Source: Felis catus
Lineage: Eukaryota
Assembly (NCBI RefSeq): GCF_018350175.1
Contig: NC_058368.1
Location: 37,822,001 to 37,886,000 of the forward strand
Reading direction: 5' to 3'
Length of the DNA stretch: 64,000 nt
How positions within the stretch are numbered: position 1 is the first letter of the stretch; each line of letters opens with the position of its first letter. Positions 35,285 to 48,453 of the stretch are shown one piece after another. Made by a program: the position numbers and the translations under genes. The notes beneath the pieces were generated by a model. That model was given only the letters and a program-made list of their open reading frames with translations. It ran no database searches and was not told where the DNA came from.

Positions 35285-36986
35285 TGCATTTTTCCCACTT
35301 TATTAAGATGGCTGACATATAAATGATAGAAGTTTAAGGTGTACAATGTGATGATTTATTACATGCATATATTACGAAATCATAATCACAGTAAGTTCAG
35401 TTAACATATCTATCATGTCACACAATTAAAATTTTTGTGTATTGAGAAAACATTCAAAACCTACTCTATTAGAACTTCCAAGTATATAATATAGTATTGG
35501 TAGTTATGGTCACCATGATGAGTATTAGATCCAGAGAACCGATTCATCTTATAACTAGAAGTTTGTATCCTTTGGCCAACATCTCCCAATTTCACCCCCT
35601 ACTACCCTCCACCAGCCACGGGCAACTCCCATTCAACTTTGTTTCTAAGAATTTAGCTATTTTTAGGTTTCACATGTGAGATCATGCGCTATTTGTCTTT
35701 CTCTGACTTATTTCACTTAGCATAATGCCTTCAAGGTCTTTCCATATTGTCATATGTGGCAGAATACCTTCTATTTTTATGGCTGAAGAACATTTTATTT
35801 CATATATGCATCACATTTTCTTTATCCATTCATCGACTGACAGCTAATTAGTTTGTTTCCATGTCTTGGCTACTATGATTAATACTTCAATAAACACTGG
35901 AGTGAAGGTATCTCTTTGATATCCTGTTTTCATTTCCTTTGGACATACACAGAGAAGTAGGATTGCTGAATCATATACTACTTCTATTTTGAATTCACTC
36001 AGGAATCTCCATATTGTCTTTCATAGTGACTGTACCAATTTAAATTCTCACTAACAGTAAGAAAGGTTCACTTTTGTCTACATTCTTGCCAATACTTATT
36101 ATCTCTTGTCTTTCTGATGATGGTTGATTTTAACATATATAAGGCAATATCTCATGTGATTTCCCTGATGATTAGTGAGTCTTCTTCGTGTACGTATTGG
36201 CAACTTGTTTTATGCTCTTTAGAAAAATGTCTGTTTAGGTCCTCTGCCCATTTTTTATTTGGATTATTTGTATATCACTCTTGAGTTGTACAACTTCCTT
36301 ATATATCTGGGATAATAATCCCTTATCAGATATATGATTTGCAAATATTTTCTGTCATTATATAAGTTAACTCTTCATTTTCTTGACTGTTTCTTTGCTG
36401 TGCAGAGACTTGATAGTGTGCTATAGTCCCACTTACTTGGTTTTGCTTTTGTTGCTTGCACTTTTGTTATTACCCACCCCACCCCCCCAAAATGGTACCA
36501 AGACAAATGTCAAGGAGCTTTTTTCCATCTGTGTCCCTGTGCCGGCAGGAATGTTCATGAAGTGCAACCCCCTGTTGGGGGTAGGGAATGGAGCTGGTTC
36601 AAGGGCTACTTCTGGGCCCACAGCCAAGACCAAGGTTTGTGTGCCTATTACTCAATACTTAACTAGGAGTAATTCTTCCTGGGTCCCTTGGCATATGGTA
36701 CTTGGAGCAGTACTAAGTCCAAACAGAGTTGTAGCTAAGTCCATAGGGATATAGACCTATTTCCGGGTCTGTAGCTGGGACCACGGTTGATGAGTCAGCT
36801 GCCAACAATGAGCCCGCTTTCTCAAATGGCTCTCCTTGGACTTGGACCACACCAGAGATTCACAACCGACTACTTGAATCTCAAAGCCCCCACAAGGACA
36901 CTTTTGTCTTTAGGTAGATGTCAAATTATTACAGTTCAGGGGAAATTTGTGTGGGGATGCCTTATTCAGCCATCTTGATGACATCC
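35285..36986 (-). mobile_element. L1 (L1MA9-like): about 1.2 kb of 3' end joined directly to about 460 bp of apparent 5' UTR
   Basis: 3' UTR and ORF2-end motifs at 35285-36525. The right end ccttattcagccatcttgatgacatc is the reverse complement of an L1 5' start (gatgtcatcaagatggctgaataagg). Confidence 0.75.
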
Positions 36987-37149
36987 CACAAAGTACTGTG
37001 ATACAACTTGCTTTATACATATAATTTATCAACATCTGTTTCTGATATATCAGTTTATTTTGCTTTCATTGTGATCAAATTTCTTATATTAAGAATTAAA
37101 CCAACAACAACAATGTTGATATTTAGAAGAATTTCTAATATAATCCTTG

Positions 37150-37380
37150 TGGGGCCTCAATGGGTCTGGTCATCTCTGCTCAAATTGAGACAAACTAATG
37201 ATATTTGAGCTTTAGTCTCCTGTGAGATTGGCCAAAACTATGGTGGGAACTCCATCAGAACTTGATTTCTCCCCTAACTCTGCTTTCTTACCCTCTTTTC
37301 TAGAGGTGTGAATACAAAGGTCACTCCTTAATAAGCTTAGTGCACAATGAAACCTATCTTGGAGACTGGGAACCCACGCA
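37150..37380 (+). mobile_element. LTR16-like fragment
   Basis: tctcctgtgagattggcc...cactccttaataagc...tgggaaccca. Confidence 0.55.
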
Positions 37381-37653
37381 GCAATTATTTATTGATTGTT
37401 TGCCATGCTAGATTAAAACTCTCCAACAGCAGGGATTATTTTTGTTTCATTTAGCAGTGTATAATCAGCCCCAGCACAGTGGGTGGTATCTGGTAGATTC
37501 TTCAGGAAGTATTGCCTGCAGTGATGCAATATATGTAACTATTAAAATGACTTGGAGAATATATACTAACAATATGTGTTCATAATTTAAATATTAAGTA
37601 AAAAGTAAAAAAGTATTATACAATTAATAATCCAGTTCAATTTATATAAAATA

Positions 37654-37713
<60 letters not shown>

Positions 37714-37720
37714 ATATATA
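37654..37720 (+). repeat. (TG)n(TA)n microsatellite
   Basis: Read directly. Confidence 0.95.
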
Positions 37721-37964
37721 TTTATCAGGAGAAAACTGTTAACATTGTTTCTGATTGTGGGTAAATAATGTTGTATTCTTAATTACCCATATTAAAAAAA
37801 CTCTTCAATAATAATTACAATTTCTATAATGGGGCAATTGCAACTTATATAATTAATTTATTAAATAAATGACAATTGAGTGCCTCTCTTTGCAGTAATG
37901 TGAGTAATTTGAGGTACAGTGAAGTGACCAAAACTGATGATCATTGTGGCAGGAAACAACCGAA

Positions 37965-38340
37965 GCGTCCATCGCTCACATGTCTGCTGTTAGGTCTGGA
38001 ATGGCTAAATGGGTCCAGTGTTGGTCCCACGTCAATCTCTTTCTCCACTTGGCTTCCCCATGTAGCCAGCTTGGGCTTTCTTACTGAATGGAGGCCTCGC
38101 AGTATAAAAACATTTTATGTGGTGACTGTTTTCCTCAGAATCCACATTCCAAATGATTTATATAGTAGATGGCAGGTTTTTTATGATCTAGTATCAGGAA
38201 TGTTTAAGCATCGCATCTGCTCAATTGTATTCATCAAAATACATGCAAGGAGAGGACAGGTATGTAGTACACTTTTCAAAGAGAAATGGATTCAACATGC
38301 AGACACAAGGAATTGATGACTCTCATCTTGGTGATAAGCC
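37965..38340 (-). mobile_element. MaLR LTR fragment (MLT1H-like)
   Basis: tctccacttggcttccccatgtagccagcttgggctttctt...ttttatgatctagtatcaggaa. Confidence 0.6.
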
Positions 38341-38862
38341 AATACATAATGTTTCTGACTGTCTTTGCTCTGAGTATGGATCCAGTTTTGCTTTCTGATC
38401 CAGGCCCAAAGCTTTTTTATTTTGATAGATGAATTATTTGGTGTACGTATTGCTAAATCAGATATTTTTGGACTTAGGTCTACCATAATATTTTAGGATG
38501 TATTTTCTCTTTTTTGTTCCCTTTGAAATATTTGACATGTAGATAGACTATTACTGATTTTTGGAAGTGTTTAAGTTTAATATTCATTTTCTTTCTATGA
38601 TTAAGAAAGTTTATAATCTGTCTTACTTGTTATAGTGTTTGCCTTTATGACAATTTATATTATACTAGACATGTTTAAATATTAAATAAATTTATTCTTA
38701 ATACATTAACTTCAGTAACTGTCTAATGACCTACTGTACTGAGAAGCAGAAGGAAAAGTGTACTTAAAACACCTTCCCTATCACCATTCTGCTGATCAAT
38801 TCTTGATTCTGTTTGATTAGATACTTTGATATTTTACTTCTTTTAGTTATAATGTCTCAATT

Positions 38863-38892
38863 AAATTTTTTTAATGTTTATTTATTTTTGAC

Positions 38893-38953
<61 letters not shown>

Positions 38954-39119
38954 ATGAGTGGGAGAGGGGCAGAGAGAGAGGTAGACACAGAATCTGAAGC
39001 AGGCTCCAGGCTCTGAGCTGTCAGCACAGAGCCCGACACGAGGCTCAAATTCATGAACTGTGAGATCATGATGTGAGCTGAAGTTGAACGCTTAACTGAC
39101 TGAGCCATCCAGGTGCCCC
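38863..39119 (-). mobile_element. Can-SINE with (GA)n
   Basis: TSD tataatgtctcaatt at 38848-38862 and 39122-39136. Confidence 0.96.
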
Positions 39120-39158
39120 AATATAATGTCTCAATTTAAGTAATGCAGTTTGATTTTT

Positions 39159-39812
39159 TTTCCAATGATTAAATTTTTAAGAGATTTTTGTGTTTAATTT
39201 ATTTTTTTAAAATTTACATCCAAGTTAGTTAGCATAGAATGTAACAATGATTTCAGGGGTAGATTCCTTAATGCCCCTTACCCGTTTAGCCCATCCCCCT
39301 CCCATAATTCCTCCAGGAGCCCTCTGTTTGTTCTCCATATTTAAGAGTCTCTTATGTTTTGTCCCCTTCCCTGTTTTTATATTATTTTTGCTTCCCTTCC
39401 CTTCCCTTGTGTTCATCTGTTTTGTATCTTGAAGTCCTCTTATGAGTGAAGTCATATATTTGTCTTTCTCTGACTAATTTCACTTAGGATGATACCCTCT
39501 AGTTCCATCCACGTAGCTGCAAATGGCAAGCTTTCATTCTTTTTGATTGCTGAGTAATACTCTGTTGTATATGTATGCCACATCTTCTTTACCCATTCAT
39601 CCATCGATGGACATTGGGTTCTTTCCATACTTTGGCTATTGTTGATAGTGCCGCTAGAAACAGTAGGGTGCATGTGCCCCTTCAAAACAGTACATCTGTA
39701 TCCCTTGGATAAATACCTAGTAGTGCAATTGCTGGGTCATAGGGTAGTTCTATTTTTAATTTTTTGAGGAACCTCCATACTGTTTTCCAGAGTGGCTACA
39801 CCAGTTTGTAAA
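39159..39812 (-). mobile_element. Young felid L1 (L1_Fc-like), 5' truncated, about 650 bp
   Basis: ORF2 C-terminal remnant (CPSMDEWVKKMWHTYTTEYYSAIKKNESLPFAATWMELEGIILSEISQ). Perfect 18-bp TSD taatgcagtttgattttt (39141-39158, 39813-39830). Confidence 0.96.
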
Positions 39813-40329
39813 TAATGCAGTTTGATTTTTGTAACATGTGTTAAAATAAGCTTTTCCTAATTCTAAATGTTAATTATTTTTAAATTTTGTAATTAAAGTC
39901 CAATATTTAGCTTTATTTCCTCATTTAAATGGATTTGGATTTTAATGCTTTTTGCAGAAATTTTACTTTCAGCTCTTGATTGAGACTTAAAGAAATTCTT
40001 GTTTTGTAGCATGTAAATATCTATTATTTAAACTTTAAAACAGCTGACATCATATCTCTATCACATTTTCTTTCTCCAAAAACACTATGTAGGTTTTTGG
40101 AGACTAAGTATGTAGGTACTACAACACTAAATATGTAGGTATTACTCTACTCACATCTAGTGTTGGACAGTCTTCCTAAAGTATGTTATTCTCTATAGGT
40201 TTATATATTTAATCCATAATTTATTAAGGGGTATTTTATCTTCTTTATCCATCATTTTAACTCTTATTTTTTTACTTTATTTGTTTTTGCTATGCATGCT
40301 CTTCTTTATGTGTAAAATTTGGAGGGATT

Positions 40330-40855
40330 CGCATAAAGACATTGAAACTTTAGCTTCTTCCAAAGCCTCCAGAGTGGTAGAATTGACCTCACCTTCCTGC
40401 TTGATACTCAGCATAAAAGACCTCGCATAAAGTGGAAGTCTTACAAGATGAATCTTGCCCTCCTCAATATCTACCTCTAGACCTGCTGGTTACCACTTGA
40501 TAAGTAACTATGGGCAAGTCTCAACATAACTTGAGCAGTGAAATTGATTTCTTTTATAGGAGGCTAGCCTATTAAAAAACCAAGAACAAAAAACCATAGA
40601 TCCCAGGAGTTTTGGGAATTTCTTCTTAAGCTTGTAAATAATATAGTTAGAATTCCCTTGGCAAATAAATGTGGAAAGGGTAAGGAGGCTTTGGAAACTG
40701 AGCATGATAGAATGAATTTACTATGTCAGACAAAAGCCAAAAGGATATTGAATTGATTTTCTTCACTAAAACAATAAGAAATTCACTACTGAGTGTGTGA
40801 GGAGGTCAGCACTCCCTGTCCTCTGTGAGCCAGAGCTGATAGGAAAAGATAATTA
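40330..40855 (+). mobile_element. ERVL internal (gag-like) remnant
   Basis: agaattcccttggcaaa...gagcatgatagaatgaatttactatgtcagac...ttcactaaaacaataagaaat...ctgtcctctgtgagccagagctga resembles recalled ERVL gag. Confidence 0.55.
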
Positions 40856-41784
40856 GTGAAGCTTTTATTTTTCTCTATTTTTTTCTTATTTAATGTTTTA
40901 TTCTGTCTTATGTTTTGTTTCCCTTGTGGAGAGTTCTTTGTTCTAGAAATACATTTTTACTGATAAAGCACAAATGAATTCCTTGATAGTCTATCTGTAA
41001 GAATCGCTTAGTGTTTGACTAGCAGGAAGTCTATTTAACAGTGACATAGCTAGCATTTTATTTTTAAGGAACAATTAGTTTTAATTTTTTTAAATTCCAG
41101 TGTAGTTAATATACAGTGTTATATTAATTTCAGGTGTATAATATAGTGATTCAGCAATTATATACATCACCCAGTGCTCATCATAACAAGTGCCCTCCTT
41201 AATCCCCATTACCTGTTTCATCCATATCCCCTCCTACCTCCCCTCTGATAACCATCAGTTTGTTCTCAATAGTTATGAGTGTTTCTTGGGTCATTTCTCT
41301 CTCTCTCTCTTTCCTTTAGCTCATTTGCTTTGTTTCTTAAATTACACATAAGAGTGAAATCATGTTATTTGTCTTTCTCTGGCTGATTTATTTCACTTAG
41401 CATTATACTCTTCAGCTCTCTCTGTGTTGCTGCAAATGACAAGATTTCATTCTTGTTTATGGCTGAATAATATTCCATCACATACACACACCCCACATCT
41501 TCTTTAGCCATTCATCAACTGATGGGTATTTGAGCTGCTTCCATGATTTGGCTATTGTAAATAATGCTACTATAAACACAGAGGTGTATGTATCCCTTTG
41601 CATTAGTGATTTCTGTTTTGGGGGTAAATAACCAATATCGTGACTACTGATACTTCTATTTTTAACTTTTTGAGGAACCTCCATACTGTTTTCCATAGTG
41701 ACTGCACCAGTTTGCATTCCCACCAACAATGCAAGAGGGTTCCTTTTGCTCCACATCCTTGCCAACACTTGCTGTCTCTTATAT

Positions 41785-41970
41785 TTTTTTGTAAGTATTT
41801 ATTTATTTTGAGATGGGGGGAAGGGCATAGGGAGAGAGAGAGAATTCCAAGGAGGCTCTGCACGGTCAGCACAGAGCCCAATGTGGGACTCGAACTCATG
41901 AACTGTTAGATCATGACCTGAGCTGAAGTCAAGAGTCAGACATTCAACTGACTGAGCCACTGAGGTACCC
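41785..41970 (-). mobile_element. Can-SINE inside the L1
   Basis: cagcacagagcccaatgtgggactcgaactcatgaac...actgagccactgaggtaccc. Confidence 0.92.
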
Positions 41971-42669
41971 CACTTGTGTTTTTTATTTTAGTCATTCTGA
42001 CAAATGTGAGGTGATACCTCATTGTATTTTTGGTTTGCATGCCCCTGGTGATGAGTCATGTTGAGCATCTTTAATGTGGCCATCTTTTGGCCATCTGGAT
42101 ATCTTCTTTAGAGAAATGTCTGTTCATTTCTTCTGCCTGTTTTTTAATGGGGTTATTTGTGGTTTTGGGTGTTGAGTTGTATCGGTTCTTTATATATTTT
42201 GGGCACTAACCCTTTATTAGATATGTGATTTGCTGCAAATACCTTCTCCCATTCCATAGATTGCCTTTTAGTTTTGTTGATTGTTTCCTCCACTATACAG
42301 AAGCCTCTTATTTTGATGTATTCCCAGTAGTTTATTTTTACTCTTCTTTCCTTTGTCTCAGAAGAGATATCTAGAAAAATGTTGCTACAGCTGATGTCAG
42401 AGACTTTACTGCCTTCTAGGTTTTTTATGGTTTCAGGCCTCACATTTGGTCTTTAATCCATTTTGAGGTTTTTTTTGTGTGTATGGTGTAAAAAAGTGGA
42501 ATGGTTTCGTTCTTTGCATGTAGCTAACCAGTTTTCCCAATACCATTTATTGAAAAGACTGTCTTTTTCCCATTGCATATTCTTTTTTGCTTTGTCAGAG
42601 ATTAATTGGCCATATAATTGTGAGTTTATTTCTGGGTTTTCTATTCTGTTCTATTGATCTATGTGTTTT

Positions 42670-42698
42670 TGTGTGTGTGTTTGTGTGTGTGTGTGTTT

Positions 42699-42737
<39 letters not shown>
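42670..42737 (+). repeat. (TG)n microsatellite
   Basis: Read directly. Confidence 0.95.
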
Positions 42738-45700
42738 CCAATACCATACTATTATTTTGAGTACTATAGCTTTGTAATATAACTTAAAATCGAATTGTGC
42801 TTCCTCCAGCTTTCCTTTTCAAAATTGCTTTGGCAAGTTGGGGTCTTTTGTGGTTCCATATAAATCTTCAGGTTTTTTTTGTTTTAGTTCTGTGAAAAAT
42901 GTTGGTATTTTGATAGGGGTTGCATTAAATCTGTAGATTGCTTTGGGTAGTACAGATATTTTAACAATAAATATTCTTCCAACCCATGAGTATGGAGTGT
43001 CTCCATTTCTTTGTGTCATCTTTAATTTCTTTCATCAGTGTTTTATAGTTTTCAATGTATAGGTCTTTCATCTCTTTGGTTGGGTTTGTCCCAAGGTATC
43101 ATAGTATTTTTGGTGCGTTTATAAATGTGATTGTTTTCTTAATTTCTCCTACTGCTGCTTCATTAAGAGTGTATAGAAATGCAACATATTTCTGCACATT
43201 GATTTTGTATCCTGTGACTCTGTTGAATTCATTTATCAGTTCAGGTAGCTTTTTGGTGGGGTCTTTAGGGTTTTTATATAATGTATCATAATCATCTGCA
43301 AATAGTGAAAGTTTTACTTCTTGCTTACTAATTTGGATGCCTTTTATTTCCTTTTGTTGTCTAATTGCTATGGCTAGGTTTTCTAGTACTATGTTGACTA
43401 CAAGTGGTGAGAGTACACATCCTGGCTTGTTCTTGACCATTTGGGGAAAACTCATTTTTCCCCATTGAGTATGATGTTAGTAGTGGAATTTTTCATATAT
43501 GGCTTTTATTATGTTGAGTATGCTTCCTCTAAACCTATTTTATTGAGGGCTTTTATCATGAATGGATATTGTACTTTGTAGCATGTTTTCTCTGTGTCAT
43601 TGAGATGATTATATGGTTTCTATCTTCTTTCTAATTGGTGTGATGTATCACATTGATTGATTTGTAAATATTGAACCACGCTTGTATTCTAGGGATAAAT
43701 CCCACTTGATTATGATGAATTATTTTTTTAAATGTATTGTTTTATTCTGTTTGCTGGTATTTTGTTGAGGATTTTTGCATCTAATTTCATCAGATATTGG
43801 CCTGTAATTCTTTTTTAGTGGTGTCTTTATCTGGTTTTGATACTAGGGTAATCCTGTCTCATAGAATGAATATGAAAAATTTTTGTTCCTCTTCTATTAT
43901 TTAGGATAGTTTAAAAAGAATAGCTATAACTCTTCTTTAAATATTTGGGATAATTTGCGTGTGAAGCCATCCTGGAGTTTTTGTTCATTAGGAGTTTTTT
44001 TTTACATTTTTTGTGATTTATTTATTTACTTACTTACTTACTAATGTTTCAGTCTCCCTATTGGTAATCAGTCTATTCAAATTTTCTATTTCTTCCTGAT
44101 TTAGTTTGGTAATGTATATGTTTCTAAAAATTTATCAGTTTCATATAGGTTGTTGTATTTGTCAGCATATGGCTTTTCATAATATTCTCTTACATTTGTT
44201 TTTATTTCTGTGGTGTTTGTTATTTCTCTTCTTTCAGTTGTAAATTTATTTATTTGAGTCCTTTTTTTTCTTTTATGAATCTGACTAAAGGTTTATGGAT
44301 TTTGTGGATCTTTTTAAAGAAGAAGCTTCTGGTTTCATTTATGTGTTCTGTGTTCTTGTTGTTGTTTAGTTTTTATATCATTTATTTCTGCTCTAATCTT
44401 TGTTATTTTCTTCCTTCCACTGTCTTTGGCTTTTGTTTGTTCTTTTTTTTTTTTTTTTTAGCTCCTTTAGGTGTAAGGTTAGGTTGTTTATTTGATCCTT
44501 TTCTTGCTTCTTGATGTAGGCCTAAATTGCTATAAACTCCCTCTTAGTACTGCTTTTGCTGCATCCCAAACATTTTGGACCATTGTATTTTCATTTGTAT
44601 TTGTTTCCATACGTTTGTTAATTTCTTTTTGATTTATTGGTTAACCCATTCACTGTTTAGCAGCATATTAATTAACCTGTATGTATTTTGTGGTCTTTCC
44701 AGATTTTTTCTTACGTTTAATTTCTAGCTTCATAGTGTTGTGGTCAGAAAAGATGCATGGTATGACTCAATCTTCTTGAATTAGTTGAAAATTGCTTTGT
44801 GGCCTAATATGTGATCTATTCTGGAGAATGTTCCATGTGCAGTTGAAAAGAATGTGTATTGTGCTGTTTTGAGATGGTATGTCCTGAATGTATCTGTTAA
44901 ATCCATCTGGTCCAGTGTGTTGTTCAAAGCCATTGTTTCCTTGTTGATTTTCTGTTTGGATGATCTGTCTATTGACGTAAATGGGATGTTAAAGTCCCCT
45001 GCTAGTATTTTATTACTATTGTTTATTTCCTTTATGATTGTTATTAACTGTTTTATGGATTTGGGTTCCTCTATGTTGGGTGCATATATATTTACAGTTG
45101 TTATACCTTCTTGACTAATTATCCCCTTTATTATTACACAGTGACCTTTGAAATTACTTGGTACAATGTGTTTTAAAATATATTTTGAATGATATGAATA
45201 TTTCTACCCCAGCTTTCTTTAGACATTGATTAGCATGATAAATGTTTCTCCATCCCCTCACTTTCAATCTGCCGGTGTCTTTAGGTCTGAAATGAGTCTC
45301 CTGTAGGCAGCATATAGATGGGTCCTGTTATTTTATCCATTCTGTCATCTTGTCTTTTGATTGAAGCATTTAGACCATTTCCATTCAAATTAATTATTGA
45401 TAGATATGTATTTATTGCCATTTTATTACTTATTTTTGTTTCTGAAGTTTCTCTTAATCCTTTCTTCTCTTTCTTTTATGTTTTCCTGTTTTTCTTTAAT
45501 GATATATTTAGATTTCTTTTTCTTTATTCTTTGCATATATATTAGTGGTTTTTGATTTGTGGTCACCATTAGGTGTGTATATAACTTCTTCTGCAAATAA
45601 CAATCTATGTTAAATTGATGATCCTTTAAGTTTGAACACATCCTTTACTCTTCTCCTCCCTCTGTTTTGGGTATATGGTGTCATATTTTACATCCTTTTC

Positions 45701-46919
45701 CTTTGTGAGTTCCTTGACTGATTTTTTACAGAAATGTTCATATTTACTGCTTTTGTGTAGCCTACTTTCATACTGTCACTTTGGTCTTTTCTTTCCACTC
45801 AGAGTCCCCTTTAATATTTCTTGCAAGGCTGGTTTAGTGGTCATGAACTCCTTTAGTTTTTGTTTGTCTGGGAAACTCTTTGTCTCTCCTTTTCTGAATG
45901 GTAGCTCTACTGGACACAATATTCTTGGCTCCTGAATCTGCATAGATTAGGGGAGAGTTCACCTATTATTTCTTCAAGTAAATATTCTGGGCCCCTTTTC
46001 TCACTCCTCCTCTGGGATTCCTAGAATACAAATGTTACCACATTTGATGGAGACACCGAGTTCCCTAATTCTATTCTCATTTTGCGTCTTTCTTTTTTCT
46101 CTCTTTTGTTCAGCTTGATGACTTTTCATTATTTTGCCTTCTAGCTCATTAATTCATTCTTTTGCTTCTTCCATCCTACTGTTCATTCTAATAAGCATGC
46201 TTCTCATTTTGTTTATTCAGCCATTTGTCTCTGCTATGTTATTCCTTAGCTCTGTGCTAATGGTCTCGCTGATGTCCTCTACTATTTTCTCAAGTCCAGT
46301 GAGCATCTTTACAATCATTACTTTAAATTCTCTATGAAGCATGTTATTTATATCTCTATCAGACATGTTTCACTTAGATATCTGGCTGTGGCCTTGTCCT
46401 ATTATCTCATGTGGGACAAATTCCTCTGTCTTCACATTTGTCTAAGTCTTTGTGTCTGTTTCTGTGTGTCAGGAAAGTCAGCTATATCTTCTGTTTTTGA
46501 GGGTAATGGGCTTATGAAGAGGAGCTCGTGTTGTGCCCTGCAGCTTCGTGTCTCTTGTTCCCCAGGGTCTGGCACTTTCAGGAGTGTCTCCAATGTGTGT
46601 TGCATACACTCCGCTGTTGTGTCCTGGCTACTTTATCCTCCAGGCCTGTTGCCTGCAGAGGCTCCCATTGCCTGTTGTGGGAAGTGTTTGGTCCCTGGAC
46701 TGAATGTGATGAGTTTTAACTAGGTGTGCTGTGTTCTGCTTGTGAAATGAGATCTGTCAGCACCACTGCCAGAATCAAGACCCCACAAAACTCCCTGGTT
46801 GGGAGTTGCAGTGTGGGAAGGGGCCCACTCTCTGGGATTGAGGCAGACATGACTGGGAAGGATGGTTCCACCAGAGCACAGGGGTGGGAGTTGTGGTAGA
46901 TTTATAATCATAGAAACTA

Positions 46920-48214
46920 TCAGTGCCACAATATTGCATATCATCCAATAGCTGTCAGTCACATAGAAATGACCTCTTTAATGCAGCACCTTCATGATAA
47001 ATCTCTATGTGGGCAGGCAGTATCTTCTAGAACATAGTATATATGTTGAACAAATGACCATTAAATGAAACCGTGTTCTCAATTTGTAGGTACCAGGGCT
47101 GAGGAGGAGAGGATTGGACCCTGTTACCAACATACACAGTGATTCACTTGGGGAATTTGTTCCTCCTATCGCCAGAGGTTAAACCACATCATAACTCAAG
47201 GCCTCAGTTGGAGGGGGAGCACAATAAGCATTCCACTAAATTTAAAGCTACGTCTGTCATCTGATCATTTGGTACTACTAATATTATTAGACTAGAAAAC
47301 AAAGTAAGGGATTACTGTATGCCTGGGTTAATAGACCCTGCTTATAAGGAAGCACTAGATATTGCTACATAATGGGGGTAGTCAGAAGAATATCTGAAAC
47401 TTGAGGGGTTCACTGGGGAATCTTTAGGTATTTCCATTCCCAGAAATCACAGGAAAAAGGCAATTCCAAAAACTATATTCTGAAATGGGAAAGGATTCAG
47501 ATGCCATGAAGATGTGTATCACTCCACTTGGCAGGCACAACAGACAAATGCAAGTTCTGTATGCAGGTGAACAGAATCTAGAATAGGTGGTATAGAAGAA
47601 AATAATGAATAAGGAAGTGTAACAGCTTGTTCCATGATCCTTCCATTTTAAAGATTTTTAAATAGATGATAAGCAGCCTTTGTCCACAAGTGTCACTAAG
47701 AGAGAGTATTCAATGCAAATTTTGAGCAGACTTGGATTTCAGACTCTAGGTGATACTGTTCATACAATGCCCCATAGCCCTTCACTCGTAGGCTCTTGAA
47801 GATACATCCATTATGTTAGCTCTCCCCTTGTGTCTCCTAGGAACCTCCACAGCCATATTAAGCTGCAAAATGAAAAGAGTACTTAATCCCCTGTAGAGTA
47901 TCTCTCAACCAGTGAATAAGGGATTTGGTAAAACAAAACAAAACAAAATAAAAGCCCCAGGTTTCTTGTTTCGTTTGCTTTTTTAGAGACAGTTCTGAAG
48001 AATGTTCCATATGGTTTTGTGGAAGGTTTGAGAAGGATTAAGTCCCTGTAGTCCCACAGTAATATGTCCATTAATGCAATTTTTGTTGGCTTTTCACCCT
48101 TCCATATCTCACTTTGTTCACTCTTTTGATTGTATTTCCTGAGGTCATGTCCCAAATAACTACCTTCCCCAATGACCTTGTCTCTCAGGTTTGATGGTAT
48201 CCTAATGTAAGATC
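46920..48214 (+). mobile_element. ERVL internal 3' region (pol/dUTPase-like remnant) followed by an LTR16C/LTR33-like LTR (about 47750-48214)
   Basis: attccactaaatttaaagctacgtctgtcatctgatcatttggtacta (IPLNLKLRLSSDHLVL, like ERVL VPLN.KLRLPPGHFGL), gggttaatagaccctgcttat, ttgctacataatggggg. LTR-like cccacagtaatatgtccattaatgca...tcccaaataactacctt. Confidence 0.65.
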
Positions 48215-48292
48215 ACACACACACACATACACACACACACGCGCACACACACACACACACACACGCCGTGCCACACCACGCCATGCCACACA
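48215..48292 (+). repeat. (CA)n microsatellite
   Basis: Read directly. Confidence 0.95.
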
Positions 48293-48367
48293 AAATCCTG
48301 GATTGCTTAAAAAATAATTATATATAACTATATTTCACCTACTGATTTTGTCTCCATGTTTACATGG

Positions 48368-48453
48368 AAGTCAACTTTATTCTCAATGCCGTCAAACATT
48401 TTACGTTAGGTAAGTCAACTTTATTCTCAATGCTGTCAAACATTTTACGTTAG
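48368..48453 (+). repeat. Tandem duplication, 44-bp period, one mismatch
   Basis: aagtcaactttattctcaatgc(c/t)gtcaaacattttacgttag twice. Confidence 0.96.

Larger units (their letters stand above)
41084..46900 (-). mobile_element. Long (about 5.8 kb) decayed carnivore L1: 3' UTR, ORF2, partial ORF1, 5' UTR-like end
   Basis: ORF2 RT remnant [44 protein letters not shown]...GYKINVQK, plus [30 protein letters not shown]. Many stops and frameshifts. Confidence 0.95.

Noticed and set aside
41084..46900. Potentially active L1
   Set aside because: ORF2 is fragmented (longest piece 118 aa), a SINE and a (TG)n are inserted, and ORF1 is incomplete.
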